This document shows, piece after piece, positions 1 to 8,731 of a DNA stretch of 64,000 nt. Each line of letters begins with the position of its first letter. Within the stretch, counting starts at the first letter, position 1. The notes beneath the pieces were generated by a model. That model did no database searches. It saw only the letters and a list, made by a program, of their open reading frames with translations, and had not been told where the DNA came from. This DNA is from Escherichia phage Phi1: sequence record EF437941; one strand, 5' to 3'. Made by a program: the position numbers and the translations under genes.

Positions 1-221
1 TCTACTATGCTCCGTATGTTGCTCTGACTCCGCTGCGTGCAACTGACCCGCAGTCTTTCCACCCGGTTCTGGGCTTCAAGACTCGCTATGGCATCGGTAT
101 TAACCCGTTTGCAGACAGCAAATCCCAGGCACCGTCCGCTCGCATCACCTCCGGTATGTTGAGCAAAGACAGCGTAGGTAAAAACGCATACTTCCGTCGT
201 GTATGGGTTAAAGGTTGCTAA
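1..221 (+). CDS. 23: major capsid protein gp23, C-terminal fragment (5' end outside window)
   Basis: Frame ending at TAA 219-221 translates ...TRYGIGINPFADSKSQAPSARITSGMLSKDSVGKNAYFRRVWVKGC, matching the remembered T4 gp23 C-terminus; lies upstream of gp24 as in T4. Confidence 0.8.
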   Translation, partial: YYAPYVALTPLRATDPQSFHPVLGFKTRYGIGINPFADSKSQAPSARITSGMLSKDSVGKNAYFRRVWVKGC

Positions 222-305
222 TATAAGACATTCCTGAAAACTCCGGTCGGGTGCAATACCCGACTTATCATAAACCTTATGACAGTGTAAAGTGTTAATT
301 CCAAA

Positions 306-335
306 GGGAAGACTCGAAAGGGTCTTCCCTTTTTG
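306..335 (+). terminator. Rho-independent terminator after gene 23
   Basis: Stem GGGAAGAC / GTCTTCCC with loop tcgaaagg, followed by TTTTT. Confidence 0.7.
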
Positions 336-350
336 CGTATTATATCCCGT

Positions 351-358
351 TATAAATA
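351..358 (+). promoter_or_regulatory. TATAAATA late-promoter-like motif with no adjacent ORF
   Basis: Exact TATAAATA, but the nearest downstream CDS starts about 340 nt away at 699. Confidence 0.25.
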
Positions 359-698
359 AGGTTGCAAGCCTATATTCTACTGGGAGCGAAAATAGATACA
401 CACAACAAAGACAGGAAGATGCAGAACATCGGTGGCTATGATATGTGTGATTGCTTTTGATGCTGGATTTATTAAAACACAACAAACAATTTCACCAATT
501 TTCGTAGTAACTGCATGGCAAAGGACCAATGAATGAAATGAGCGTTCATGTTGATATTGGGTCGGATAGATTTGGTAGATATACAGATCTGGTGTATGTC
601 GACCTTGTTATGGCATTCCAGCGTGACGCTAGCGGTAATTTTTGGTTTTGGTACGCTGTTCCCTGAATTAACCCAAAATTCTCCATAAGGAGGAATGC

Positions 699-851
699 AT
701 GAGTAAGAAAGAAAACAGCTATGTTATGACTCGTAAGGAATACAACGAATTGATGTTAGCATTAGCTTATGCAATTATTCGTTCTGATCATGCAATTAAT
801 ATGGTAAACAAAGTTAACCGTAGCGTTGATAATGTTTCTAGGAAGAAGTAA
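699..851 (+). CDS. hypothetical small protein (50 aa)
   Basis: ATG at 699 preceded by strong RBS AAGGAGGA; translation MSKKENSYVMTRKEYNELMLALAYAIIRSDHAINMVNKVNRSVDNVSRKK; below the 60-aa cutoff of the ORF track. Confidence 0.45.
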   Translation: MSKKENSYVMTRKEYNELMLALAYAIIRSDHAINMVNKVNRSVDNVSRKK

Positions 852-889
852 GTTTATTTTGGAATCCTTCGGATTCCTTTTTCTTTTTG

Positions 890-897
890 TATAAATA
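890..897 (+). promoter_or_regulatory. T4-type late promoter (TATAAATA) for gene 24
   Basis: Exact TATAAATA about 38 nt upstream of the gp24 ATG at 935. Confidence 0.5.
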
Positions 898-934
898 TGA
901 TATATCCATTAAGGCAAATACAGGATTCATAAAC

Positions 935-2176
935 ATGACTCATATTTTTACTGAACTGTTGCGGGAATCTACTTCCTCAGTAGCTAACCAGACAGCGCGA
1001 CCGCAACTATTATCATTAACTCGCGCGGTAAACAACCTGATTTTCTCTGATCTGGTAGCGATCCAGCCAACGGATCAACCAGTATCTGCATTGTACGGCC
1101 TACGTTATCTTAATCATGATGGTCAGATGACTTTCCGAACTGCTGCAACCTACGGTGGAGCGGTTGGTGATCGCACAGAGATTGAAGAGTTTTCAAAAGA
1201 AAAATCTTATGACGAAGGCGCACTATTCAAATCAGGCGATGTTGTATACGAAGTTGTGACCGCTGGTACAGTCGGTGAAGATGCCGCAACTCCAGAAGCT
1301 GCGATCTTTAAAGGCGTAATGACAAACAAAATTCGTTTCTATAGCGATTGTGCATCGGTAGAATACTTTGAAGATAAAAACACCGAAATTGCGTCTACCT
1401 CTATGCAGTTTGACAAGTGGCAAGTTAATGTAGGTTCTCGTAAACTGAAAACCTCGTTCACCACTGAATTAATGCAGGATCTTGAGGCAAGCCAAATCAA
1501 CTCTGAAAACTCTGTAATTGATCTTCTGGCTACTGTTGCTTCCGAAGAGATCAACAAAGATATTATTCAGAAGTTGATCACTGTATCATCTCGCTATAAA
1601 ATTAAAGGGATCACCCCTGATGGCGTACTTTCTCTCGTTAGCGTTCAGGATGCACCAACACAAGCGCGTGAACTTTACCGCTATGCTTGCGAGATGAGCA
1701 ATCAAATGTTGCGGACTTCCTCCTTTGCTGGTACATACGTTTTGGCGTCTTCTCGCGTGGTTGGCCTCCTGCAATCTTCCGGTTGGATGGAAGAAACCGA
1801 CAATGCTCTAAGCGAAGGTCGTCTACGTTGCGGTCTGGAAGTGTACGCAGACACGACAACACCTTTCGATTATATGCTCGTTGGTTGTAAGCACATGATC
1901 GGTGATATGGAGAGTGTAGGTTCTCTGTTCTACTCCCCATATACAGAAGCCGACGGCGCTGGCGCGTATAAGAGTGTAATTGACCCTAATAGCTTCCAGC
2001 ATCATGTAGCTATTATGAATCGTTATTCACTCTCTGTCAACCCATACACATCAAAAGTTGATCAGGAAGAACACCAGGTCATCAAGGGTGACGATTGGGG
2101 TAAAATGGCTGGACGTTCAGAAATGTCCTACATTTTAGGAATCGAACTGCCACCGCTTGAGATTGACAACGCTTAA
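935..2176 (+). CDS. 24: head vertex protein gp24
   Basis: ORF 887..2176; N-terminus from internal ATG 935 (MTHIFTELLRESTSS...RPQLLSLTRAV...SDLVAIQPTDQPVSALYGLRYLN) parallels T4 gp24 (MAKINELLRESTTTNSNSIGRPNLVALTRATTKLIYSDIVATQRTNQPVAAFYGIKYLN). Codon 887 is TTG, so ATG 935 is preferred. Confidence 0.9.
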   Translation: MTHIFTELLRESTSSVANQTARPQLLSLTRAVNNLIFSDLVAIQPTDQPVSALYGLRYLNHDGQMTFRTAATYGGAVGDRTEIEEFSKEKSYDEGALFKSGDVVYEVVTAGTVGEDAATPEAAIFKGVMTNKIRFYSDCASVEYFEDKNTEIASTSMQFDKWQVNVGSRKLKTSFTTELMQDLEASQINSENSVIDLLATVASEEINKDIIQKLITVSSRYKIKGITPDGVLSLVSVQDAPTQARELYRYACEMSNQMLRTSSFAGTYVLASSRVVGLLQSSGWMEETDNALSEGRLRCGLEVYADTTTPFDYMLVGCKHMIGDMESVGSLFYSPYTEADGAGAYKSVIDPNSFQHHVAIMNRYSLSVNPYTSKVDQEEHQVIKGDDWGKMAGRSEMSYILGIELPPLEIDNA

Positions 2177-2764
2177 CTAAATATCTAACCAAGACAAGTC
2201 AGATCCGCCCAAGATTTTTTCGACGGCGGATCTATTTTCTTGATGATATAAGTTAAAACATGGTATCCCATGTCTACGGGCAACATAAACAGCAATTCGA
2301 GTTCCTCCCGAAACGATTCCATTAACTTCTTTCGCCCAGAATATCACACAATCTACAGGATCATCAAGTGTCTCACCTAAGACTTGAGCAACATTTCTAG
2401 AAAACAGATTTTGCATGTATAACGGTATAGAACGAGGATTATCATAAACGTGTTCTAATTCATCCATCGCCAGATTTTTTTGTTCTAAGGTTTGCCATGC
2501 AATCACATCATGACCGTTATGCTTGTGGTCATAAAACTTCCAATTTGGAATGAAAATTTTTCTATAATCTGGATCGTAATACTTCATGAAAGCATTGTCC
2601 ATACCGTAAGCCCCTCCAGAATGCGCTACAACGCGATTTTCTGACAATACCCTCCCAATGGTACTAGCCATTATCAAAATGTCGCTAGGCGCTTTTCTAG
2701 AGCCGATTAAAGCACATCTACGAAGTGGTTTTACTCCAAATAGATCTTGTAACTGGTCAAACAT
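2177..2764 (-). CDS. hypothetical protein, possible Rossmann-fold DprA/SLOG-like nucleotide-binding protein
   Basis: 195-aa ORF; motifs ALIGSRKAPSD...HSGGAYGMD resemble DprA/SLOG families. Lacks the KxDG ligase motif, so it is not the RnlB found at this position in T4. Confidence 0.4.
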   Translation of the reverse strand: MFDQLQDLFGVKPLRRCALIGSRKAPSDILIMASTIGRVLSENRVVAHSGGAYGMDNAFMKYYDPDYRKIFIPNWKFYDHKHNGHDVIAWQTLEQKNLAMDELEHVYDNPRSIPLYMQNLFSRNVAQVLGETLDDPVDCVIFWAKEVNGIVSGGTRIAVYVARRHGIPCFNLYHQENRSAVEKILGGSDLSWLDI

Positions 2765-2916
2765 AATATTTCCTCCATAGAAAGCAATATCATACTACAA
2801 GTTAATAACAAATACAAGTATCCGCGTAGCGGAAGCGAGCACAGCGAGCAATAAAACACTTCCAGTAATTGATTAATAAATGTTCGAAACAAATTTTTAT
2901 TATTCTATAAGATAAG

Positions 2917-2942
2917 TCTTCGTTTTGATCATAATTTAATCA
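2917..2942. repeat. direct repeat copy 1 (tcttcgttttgatcataatttaatca)
   Basis: 26-nt sequence repeated exactly at 3066..3091 within the 2765-3177 non-coding region. Confidence 0.7.
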
Positions 2943-3065
2943 TACATGTAAAAACTACACAAAAGGATATCGCTTCGCGAACTCCTACGGAGTATAACAT
3001 TTGTGTTACAATATGTAGTGATTAATAATTAACCAAAGATACATTTTCTATGTTCTAAAGATCTT

Positions 3066-3091
3066 TCTTCGTTTTGATCATAATTTAATCA
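3066..3091. repeat. direct repeat copy 2 (tcttcgttttgatcataatttaatca)
   Basis: Exact copy of 2917..2942, about 149 bp downstream. Confidence 0.7.
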
Positions 3092-3149
3092 AACAGTATT
3101 AATATTGTGCACATGTAAACTAAAATTATGTTAATAACAGATACAAAAA

Positions 3150-3169
3150 AGCCGCCCCAAAGGACGGCT
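3150..3169 (-). terminator. Rho-independent terminator (minus strand)
   Basis: Minus-strand hairpin AGCCGUCC-uuu-GGGGCGGCU (one G-U pair) followed by a U-tract (plus-strand A-run 3145-3149); lies just downstream of CDS 3178..3615. Confidence 0.55.
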
Positions 3170-3177
3170 AATGTTAA

Positions 3178-3615
3178 TTATTTGTTGATAACGATCTGAT
3201 TTCGGCGAATGGTAACATTACTCTTAGAGATGATCAGATCATCCGGCACTACGTTAGTTTTGTATGGTTGGAAGCGAACAAGCATCTGATTGCGTTTAGA
3301 CCCTTCCTTAATCTTGATTTCCATCTGGATATTGTTGCCTACGTGAGCAACCGCAATTTCACCTTTATTCTCATAGACCCACTTGCTGGTAACGTCTCCA
3401 GCAAAAGCCTTAATAACTTGCAATGCTTCGTCGTATGCGGTAGAGCTGTGAACTTTCAGAAGGCCAGCCGTAGCAAGACGTGAGCAGGTGATCGCCGGAG
3501 ATTGCCAAACATCAACATTAATTTGCTCAATCAGAGTAACACCGCCCTGATCAACTGCTTTAAATGCTTCGAACATTGCCTTTTTCATTGCTACGTGGTT
3601 TTTACGGAATTTCAT
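3178..3615 (-). CDS. hypothetical protein (145 aa)
   Basis: Long ORF with RBS-like sequence upstream; no recognisable motifs. Confidence 0.6.
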   Translation of the reverse strand: MKFRKNHVAMKKAMFEAFKAVDQGGVTLIEQINVDVWQSPAITCSRLATAGLLKVHSSTAYDEALQVIKAFAGDVTSKWVYENKGEIAVAHVGNNIQMEIKIKEGSKRNQMLVRFQPYKTNVVPDDLIISKSNVTIRRNQIVINK

Positions 3616-3661
3616 AATTAGTCACCTCTATTGATTAGTTATTCAGAATATTAATTACAAA

Positions 3662-3937
3662 TCAGGACATTGCCCGTTTGAATGCGTCCATTATAACAGT
3701 GTTATTTGGCTTGTCAACACGTTTTTGAACTTTATTTTTAAATTTTTTGTTGATGTGGTGTTTACGATAAACAACCTTTTCACGGTTGGCGTAAGCCTCG
3801 CGTGCGTCTTTTACCATCAACCATGCCTTAGCCGCATCTTGTCCGCTGATCCCGCCAATCTTCTTAGCAATATCAACAAAATTAAGACCGTGGTCTTCGC
3901 GTAGCATGTAAACCATTAACGCTGTTTTCTTGTCCAT
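3662..3937 (-). CDS. hypothetical protein with HTH-like segment
   Basis: Internal ATG 3935-3937 (MDKKTALMVYMLREDHGLNFVDIAKKIGGISGQDAAKAW...) overlaps the stop of the upstream membrane ORF (translational coupling); the helix-turn-helix call is pattern-level only. Confidence 0.45.
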   Translation of the reverse strand: MDKKTALMVYMLREDHGLNFVDIAKKIGGISGQDAAKAWLMVKDAREAYANREKVVYRKHHINKKFKNKVQKRVDKPNNTVIMDAFKRAMS

Positions 3938-4134
3938 CACTTCGCCCCATTGACGATTAACAGGATAGTGATCAGCACCGGAAACTGGATCATGATAGTG
4001 CCAATAAACCGGATAAATGCATTTTCTGACTTCCACACATGACATGCGACTAGCTGATAGACCATCGTTGAAACCAGAACTAGGATATAAACCGAAAGCG
4101 GTGTAACTTCGATTAGTCGGGAAATCTCATTCAT
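3937..4134 (-). CDS. small membrane protein (65 aa, two hydrophobic helices)
   Basis: ORF with GAGGTGA RBS 5 nt upstream of the ATG; hydrophobic segments LSVYILVLVSTMVYQLVA and FIGTIMIQFPVLITILLIV. Confidence 0.45.
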   Translation of the reverse strand: MNEISRLIEVTPLSVYILVLVSTMVYQLVACHVWKSENAFIRFIGTIMIQFPVLITILLIVNGAK

Positions 4135-4304
4135 ACTTCACCTCATACATTCATAAACACAACAACGAATAATACAGTAACAGTTATCAACGCCATTTTC
4201 AACCCCATATTCATAATATTTTCTTCGCCTCACTATGGACAATAGCATGTCGATGCGTGCCATTATAGGCATCTAAATCGCTCTGTCAAGCACAAAAACA
4301 AAAA

Positions 4305-4324
4305 AGCCACCCCGAAGGATGGCT
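4305..4324 (-). terminator. Rho-independent terminator after hoc (minus strand)
   Basis: Minus-strand hairpin AGCCAUCC-uucg-GGGUGGCU followed by a U-tract (plus A-run 4295-4304). Confidence 0.55.
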
Positions 4325-4335
4325 GATAGATTTCA

Positions 4336-5550
4336 TTAAGCAGGATGCGTTTCACGAATGCGTAGAACTCGCTCTAACGTCTCTCGGTCCAGTTTATGTA
4401 ACTCTTTGGAATGATACATGAAACCATTGCGAGATTCCATGCAAGTGCAATCACTATATTTTTCTTCCGCTGCCGCGATTGTCTCCAGATCTTTGGCGTA
4501 CTTGCTGGTTGAATAAACTTCTCGATCACGCCACTCTAACCCAGCCTCATTGAATTTAACAATCTCGTCAAATACCCACCATCCAATGTAGATAAATGAA
4601 GTTTTGCGCCACGGGATCGGGTGTACGTAACGAAACATTTTAACAACTTCCATTGAACATTTTCGGCTTGTACTTGCTGCAACTTCTACTGTTTCATCTT
4701 CGATCTGTTGATATAGTTTAGCAACACACCAGAATTTGGCTGTGTCATCGTAAGTAACACTCTCTTTGAACAGATGACCGTCTGGCATGATAGAAAATCC
4801 TTCCAGTGCTTCGCCGACCTCACTACCGATTAGAGTCGGTGACGGTTGCCCTTCGCGCTGCAAATACCAGTTATATTTGATCGTCAAATTAGGCATACCG
4901 CTAGAATCGCCTACAATGTCCTCTGACACAACATAATTAAGTGATATCTCATTACCTAGTGCCACGGTCTTTGATTCCACCACATCCTGATCTACGTTCA
5001 TTGTTGCCAGCATGATTTTAGTCGATGCGCTAGCGGCTGAATCTTCCGACTCACCCCACACTTTTACAGTATACAAGCCGTTTTTATCTGCTGTAAATTC
5101 TCGGATTGTAATATCCTGTTTTGTGTCTATAACGTCTTCGCCCTTACTCCAACTATAATGTAGTTCATAGTCGTCTGCTGGAGTCTTCCCACCAGAAAAT
5201 TTTACTGTTGCATGTAATTCTACGTCTTTTTGTGATGATACGTAAAAATGCTGCGGTTCGGTGATATTTACGATTAATTCAGCTTCTTCCATGAGGAAAA
5301 CTTCAGATTCTACTGATTCCGTCGTATCGGTATCTTGTACCGTTACTTTATAGCTACCCGCATTTTCACTTGTTGCGTCTGCTACAGTTAGCGTAGCTGT
5401 GTTATTTTCATGCGGTTGGTCGTCTTTTGTCCATGTATATGTCAAATTGCTGGGTAATGGTTCGTCACCCGCTACAGTCGCCGTTAAGGTGAAACCATCT
5501 CCAGCAAGAAAACATCTTTTGTTAGATTGTATTGATACTGTGAAAGCCAT
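4336..5550 (-). CDS. hoc: Hoc, highly immunogenic outer capsid protein (Ig-like repeats plus capsid-binding C-terminus)
   Basis: Ig-like repeats (TYTWTKDDQ...AGSYKVTV); C-terminus YVHPIPWRKTSFIYIGWWVFDEI...ESRNGFMYH matches T4 Hoc YVHPLPHRSSAYIWCGWWVMDEI...ESRNGYIIH. Confidence 0.85.
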   Translation of the reverse strand: MAFTVSIQSNKRCFLAGDGFTLTATVAGDEPLPSNLTYTWTKDDQPHENNTATLTVADATSENAGSYKVTVQDTDTTESVESEVFLMEEAELIVNITEPQHFYVSSQKDVELHATVKFSGGKTPADDYELHYSWSKGEDVIDTKQDITIREFTADKNGLYTVKVWGESEDSAASASTKIMLATMNVDQDVVESKTVALGNEISLNYVVSEDIVGDSSGMPNLTIKYNWYLQREGQPSPTLIGSEVGEALEGFSIMPDGHLFKESVTYDDTAKFWCVAKLYQQIEDETVEVAASTSRKCSMEVVKMFRYVHPIPWRKTSFIYIGWWVFDEIVKFNEAGLEWRDREVYSTSKYAKDLETIAAAEEKYSDCTCMESRNGFMYHSKELHKLDRETLERVLRIRETHPA

Positions 5551-5645
5551 ATAAAGCCACTCCCATCGAAAATCCGAATTTAATTAATTGAAATAGTTGA
5601 TTGTCATCAACCAGATAACCATTGCGAGATTCCAATACATGAGTA

Positions 5646-5810
5646 TTAGAATAGTGATGCAACGAGGCCGAAATAGTATCGATCTCGTCTGGGTATTTGT
5701 TCTGCTATAAAGTCTGCTGTACTAACAACAATCTTTAACAGAAGTGGATGACCAACGGAGCCATAAACCGGATCTTCTGTTTGATGTAATACATTGATTT
5801 TGTTAGACAT
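5646..5810 (-). CDS. hypothetical small protein (54 aa)
   Basis: Internal ATG at 5808-5810 preceded by GAGGA RBS; ORF-track entry 5646..5834. Confidence 0.4.
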   Translation of the reverse strand: MSNKINVLHQTEDPVYGSVGHPLLLKIVVSTADFIAEQIPRRDRYYFGLVASLF

Positions 5811-5890
5811 GTAGTATCCTCTTTTTAATTGCATAACGGAACTACAATTAAAATTATAACAAATATTTCACAACTTTTATCACCCAAAAA

Positions 5891-6616
5891 TTACTTGAGT
5901 GTGTGGAATTGGCTATGTTTAGTCTCTCGCACCTTGACAGACCCATCGCGTTTGATATAATAGATCAGTGACTTGAGGGTGTCGTGTACATACGCGTGCG
6001 GGAAACGCTCTGGATACTTCTTCCAATCTGGAGTATTAACGATCCAGTCGAAAATCCACCACGGGCAGGAGTAGTAACCACGACCGCCACCGATCAAACA
6101 AATGGTCGGACGGAAACCAGTAAGATCGCAAAATGAATCAGTGTCATGTGCTGGGGAACGATGTTCTGCTTCGTCAGAGAAAATGTTTGCTACCGGAGAT
6201 TTCACTTTAACTTCCGGTGCTTCTTCAACATCTGACTTAACTTCTTCGACCACTTGTTCAACTGCTGGAGATTCTTCTTTTGTTTCTTCAATGACGATCT
6301 CAGGTTCTTTCATTGCTTCACCCAGAGACGGATCAACTTCGTCAAATACTACTTTATCATCTGCGGTATCTGCTGCCAGAATAAGATCGTTAATACTGGT
6401 TCCTTCTGCCGGAGTTTCTTCTTCCATTTCGGAAGCCAGTTTAGTTAATTCGGTTTCTACGAACTCGATCATGTTCTCTAGCGAGAGCGTCTTTTTGACC
6501 TTTATATCAAATTGTTTTGCGTAGTCCGCTAATTCTGTTTTAGCTGTTTTCTGTGCTTCTTTGTCGTCGGACGCCGCAATAGCGCGGAGTTCTTCGAAAT
6601 ATTCTTTATCAAACAT
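5891..6616 (-). CDS. inh: Inh-like protein (putative prohead protease inhibitor) with acidic linker and Hoc-like C-terminal motif
   Basis: Lies between hoc and uvsW as in T4; C-terminal CPWWIFDWIVN...YYIKRDGS resembles the Hoc C-terminus IGWWVFDEIVK; acidic low-complexity middle region. Confidence 0.55.
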   Translation of the reverse strand: MFDKEYFEELRAIAASDDKEAQKTAKTELADYAKQFDIKVKKTLSLENMIEFVETELTKLASEMEEETPAEGTSINDLILAADTADDKVVFDEVDPSLGEAMKEPEIVIEETKEESPAVEQVVEEVKSDVEEAPEVKVKSPVANIFSDEAEHRSPAHDTDSFCDLTGFRPTICLIGGGRGYYSCPWWIFDWIVNTPDWKKYPERFPHAYVHDTLKSLIYYIKRDGSVKVRETKHSQFHTLK

Positions 6617-6687
6617 GTTATTCTCCTGATTGGGGGGTGTTTGTATAAATATTTGTATACTGTATTTATTGAGTGAGGCTATTCGCT

Positions 6688-8190
6688 ATGCAAGATATTA
6701 AAATTCACTTTCTGAACTACTCTCATGTTCAAATTGAATGTAGCGATTCAATTTTATTAGAAATGCGAGATTATTTTAGTTTTGAAGTCGAGGGAGCGCG
6801 GTTTCAAAAAAGATTTAAGTATGGTGGATGGGATGGGCGTATTCGTCTTTTAGATTACAACGGAAAGCTGCCAATCGGCCTAACTAAAACCGTGGGAATC
6901 TTCGCTAAAAATATGGGCTATAGCGTATGGGTAGATCCTCGCTTATTCGAAAAAGAACAAGTTACAGAAGAAGAAATTACAAAATGGTGTAATGACTTAG
7001 AATTATATTCCGGTGCTAACAGGATCACCCCTCATTGGTATCAATCAAAGGCCGTCTTTGAAGGTATTCATCATAAACGCCGTATGTTAGTTTTGCCTAC
7101 GTCCGCTGGTAAATCTGCGATTGCTTGTATGTTGTCTCGTTGGTACTTAGAGAATTACGAAGGGAAAGTGTTGATCATCGTTCCTACCACGTCGCTAGTG
7201 CTGCAAATGCGTGATGACTTTGTTGATTATCGCCAGTTTCCTTATGAAGCAATTCATACTATCATGAGCGGTACTAGTAAACACGTAGGTGATCGCCTGA
7301 TCGTTGTTAGTACGTGGCAATCTGCATGTAAACAACCTCGTGAGTGGTTCCAACAATTCGGGATGGTTATTGTTGACGAATGTCACAAAGCCACTGCTAA
7401 AAACCTGCTAAACATCGTTACTGATATGGATCATTGCCAATTTAAGATCGGCATGACTGGTTCCCCTCGTGACGGGAAAGCTAACATGATGCAGTATGTC
7501 GGGCTTTTCGGTGATATTTCTAAGATCGTGAGTATTGACCGCCTGATGGAAGAAGGGCAGGTGACAAAACTGAAAATTAACTGTCTTTTCCTTCGTTATA
7601 CCGATGAGGAATGTAGCGCGGTTAAGGGGCGAGAATATGCGGAAGAGATCAAGTATATTACGTCTAACCCACGACGAAATAAGTTTGCTTGTAATTTGGC
7701 GCTAAAACTCGCTAAGAAGGGAGAAAACGTATTCCTGATGTTCCGCAATACTAAGCACGGAAAACTTATGTATGATGCGTTACAGAAGGTACACGACAAG
7801 GTTTATTATATTGACGGTGGAGTTAAGACAGAAGAACGTGATGAATTTAAGAAAATGGCGGAGGGTGACACCGGGATCATTTGTGTTGCGTCTTATGGTG
7901 TGTTCTCTACTGGTGTTTCAATTAAGAATTTGCACCATGTTATTTTCGGTCATCCAGTGAAGGAATCAACTATCGTTCGTCAGAGTATCGGTCGTGCATT
8001 GCGTAAACATGGTTCGAAAGACATTGCAACGGTCTGGGATCTTATAGATCATCTGGCGGTGAAGACAAAGAGCAAGAATGCTAAGAAACAGTTTAGTCAC
8101 CTTAATTATGCTCTTAAACATGCCCTTGAAAGAATAAAAATTTACAACACCGACCGATTCGAATATGTCACGAAAACCATCGAGATATAA
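6688..8190 (+). CDS. uvsW: UvsW RNA-DNA/DNA-DNA helicase
   Basis: MQDIKIHFLNYSHVQIECSDS...RFKYGGWDGRIRLLDYN matches T4 UvsW MDIKVHFHDFSHVRIDCEES...RFRYGNWDGRIRLLDYN; helicase motifs LPTSAGKS and VDECH. ATG 6688 is preferred over the GTG at 6673. Confidence 0.9.
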   Translation: MQDIKIHFLNYSHVQIECSDSILLEMRDYFSFEVEGARFQKRFKYGGWDGRIRLLDYNGKLPIGLTKTVGIFAKNMGYSVWVDPRLFEKEQVTEEEITKWCNDLELYSGANRITPHWYQSKAVFEGIHHKRRMLVLPTSAGKSAIACMLSRWYLENYEGKVLIIVPTTSLVLQMRDDFVDYRQFPYEAIHTIMSGTSKHVGDRLIVVSTWQSACKQPREWFQQFGMVIVDECHKATAKNLLNIVTDMDHCQFKIGMTGSPRDGKANMMQYVGLFGDISKIVSIDRLMEEGQVTKLKINCLFLRYTDEECSAVKGREYAEEIKYITSNPRRNKFACNLALKLAKKGENVFLMFRNTKHGKLMYDALQKVHDKVYYIDGGVKTEERDEFKKMAEGDTGIICVASYGVFSTGVSIKNLHHVIFGHPVKESTIVRQSIGRALRKHGSKDIATVWDLIDHLAVKTKSKNAKKQFSHLNYALKHALERIKIYNTDRFEYVTKTIEI

Positions 8191-8233
8191 TAAATAGGGG
8201 CTTTAATGCCCCTCTATTCTACGGAGATTACAA

Positions 8234-8470
8234 ATGATTAGCTTTAAACGTTTTTTGGTTGAGGCCGCTATTGACGGTTTCATGCGTAAGATTTATTCTT
8301 GTAATACTATCGAGGGATTAAATGAACTTGAGGCATATTATGAGAAGCGCAAGAAAGAAACAGAATTGAAACCTGCTGATGATATTTCGATCCGTGATGC
8401 CATCGCTGGACGCCGTAAGCAATTGGAAGCGGACAACGAGCCAGAAGAGGAGCCGGAAGAGGATTTTTAA
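8234..8470 (+). CDS. uvsW.1: UvsW.1-like small protein
   Basis: 78-aa ORF immediately downstream of uvsW with acidic C-terminus; T4 encodes a separate ~76-aa UvsW.1 at this position. Confidence 0.65.
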   Translation: MISFKRFLVEAAIDGFMRKIYSCNTIEGLNELEAYYEKRKKETELKPADDISIRDAIAGRRKQLEADNEPEEEPEEDF

Positions 8471-8481
8471 GATATAAAAAA

Positions 8482-8500
8482 GCCCCATCAATGATGGGGC
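8482..8500 (-). terminator. hairpin terminator between the convergent uvsW.1 and uvsY operons
   Basis: Stem GCCCCATC / GATGGGGC with loop aat; a U-tract follows on the minus strand only. Confidence 0.5.
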
Positions 8501-8533
8501 AAAATAAACCAATTAAAATCGGTTATCAACAAA

Positions 8534-8710
8534 TTACATTAACAGCATTGTTTGCTCTACGAGTTGTTCTTGTTCTTCGCCGTTCGCATCTTCACTAATC
8601 GAACGTTCTGTTACTAGCTGTAAGCAGTAGCCAGTGTGAACAACGCCGTTTTCTGTCTGGACTGATAACGCATCCTCGACAGGTTGTTTACAACAAATAC
8701 AGATTTTCAT
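8534..8710 (-). CDS. small Cys-rich protein (58 aa), uvsY.-2-like by position
   Basis: ATG 8708-8710 with GGAGGA RBS; translation MKICICCKQPVEDALSVQTENGVVHTGYCLQLVTERSISEDANGEEQEQLVEQTMLLM; absent from the ORF track (under 60 aa). Confidence 0.5.
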   Translation of the reverse strand: MKICICCKQPVEDALSVQTENGVVHTGYCLQLVTERSISEDANGEEQEQLVEQTMLLM

Positions 8711-8731
8711 AAAAATTCCTCCTGCATGTAT

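Noticed and set aside
887-934. N-terminal extension of gp24 starting at codon 887 (MYKYDISIKANTGFIN)
   Set aside because: Codon 887 is TTG, and the extension has no counterpart in T4 gp24; the internal ATG at 935 restores the conserved N-terminus.
1232-2005. Five short ORFs on either strand within gene 24 (1232..1423, 1339..1557, 1586..1774, 1638..1940, 1687..1890, 1823..2005)
   Set aside because: They lie entirely inside the well-supported gp24 CDS, have no RBS and are low-complexity; typical spurious frames.
6102-6524. Plus-strand ORFs 6102..6524 and 6254..6448
   Set aside because: Antisense to the inh-like gene; Ser/Phe-rich low-complexity translations of the acidic linker's reverse complement.
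6673-6687. UvsW start at 6673
   Set aside because: Codon 6673 is GTG; the ATG at 6688 has a GAGG-like RBS and gives MQDIKIHF, matching T4 MDIKVHF.
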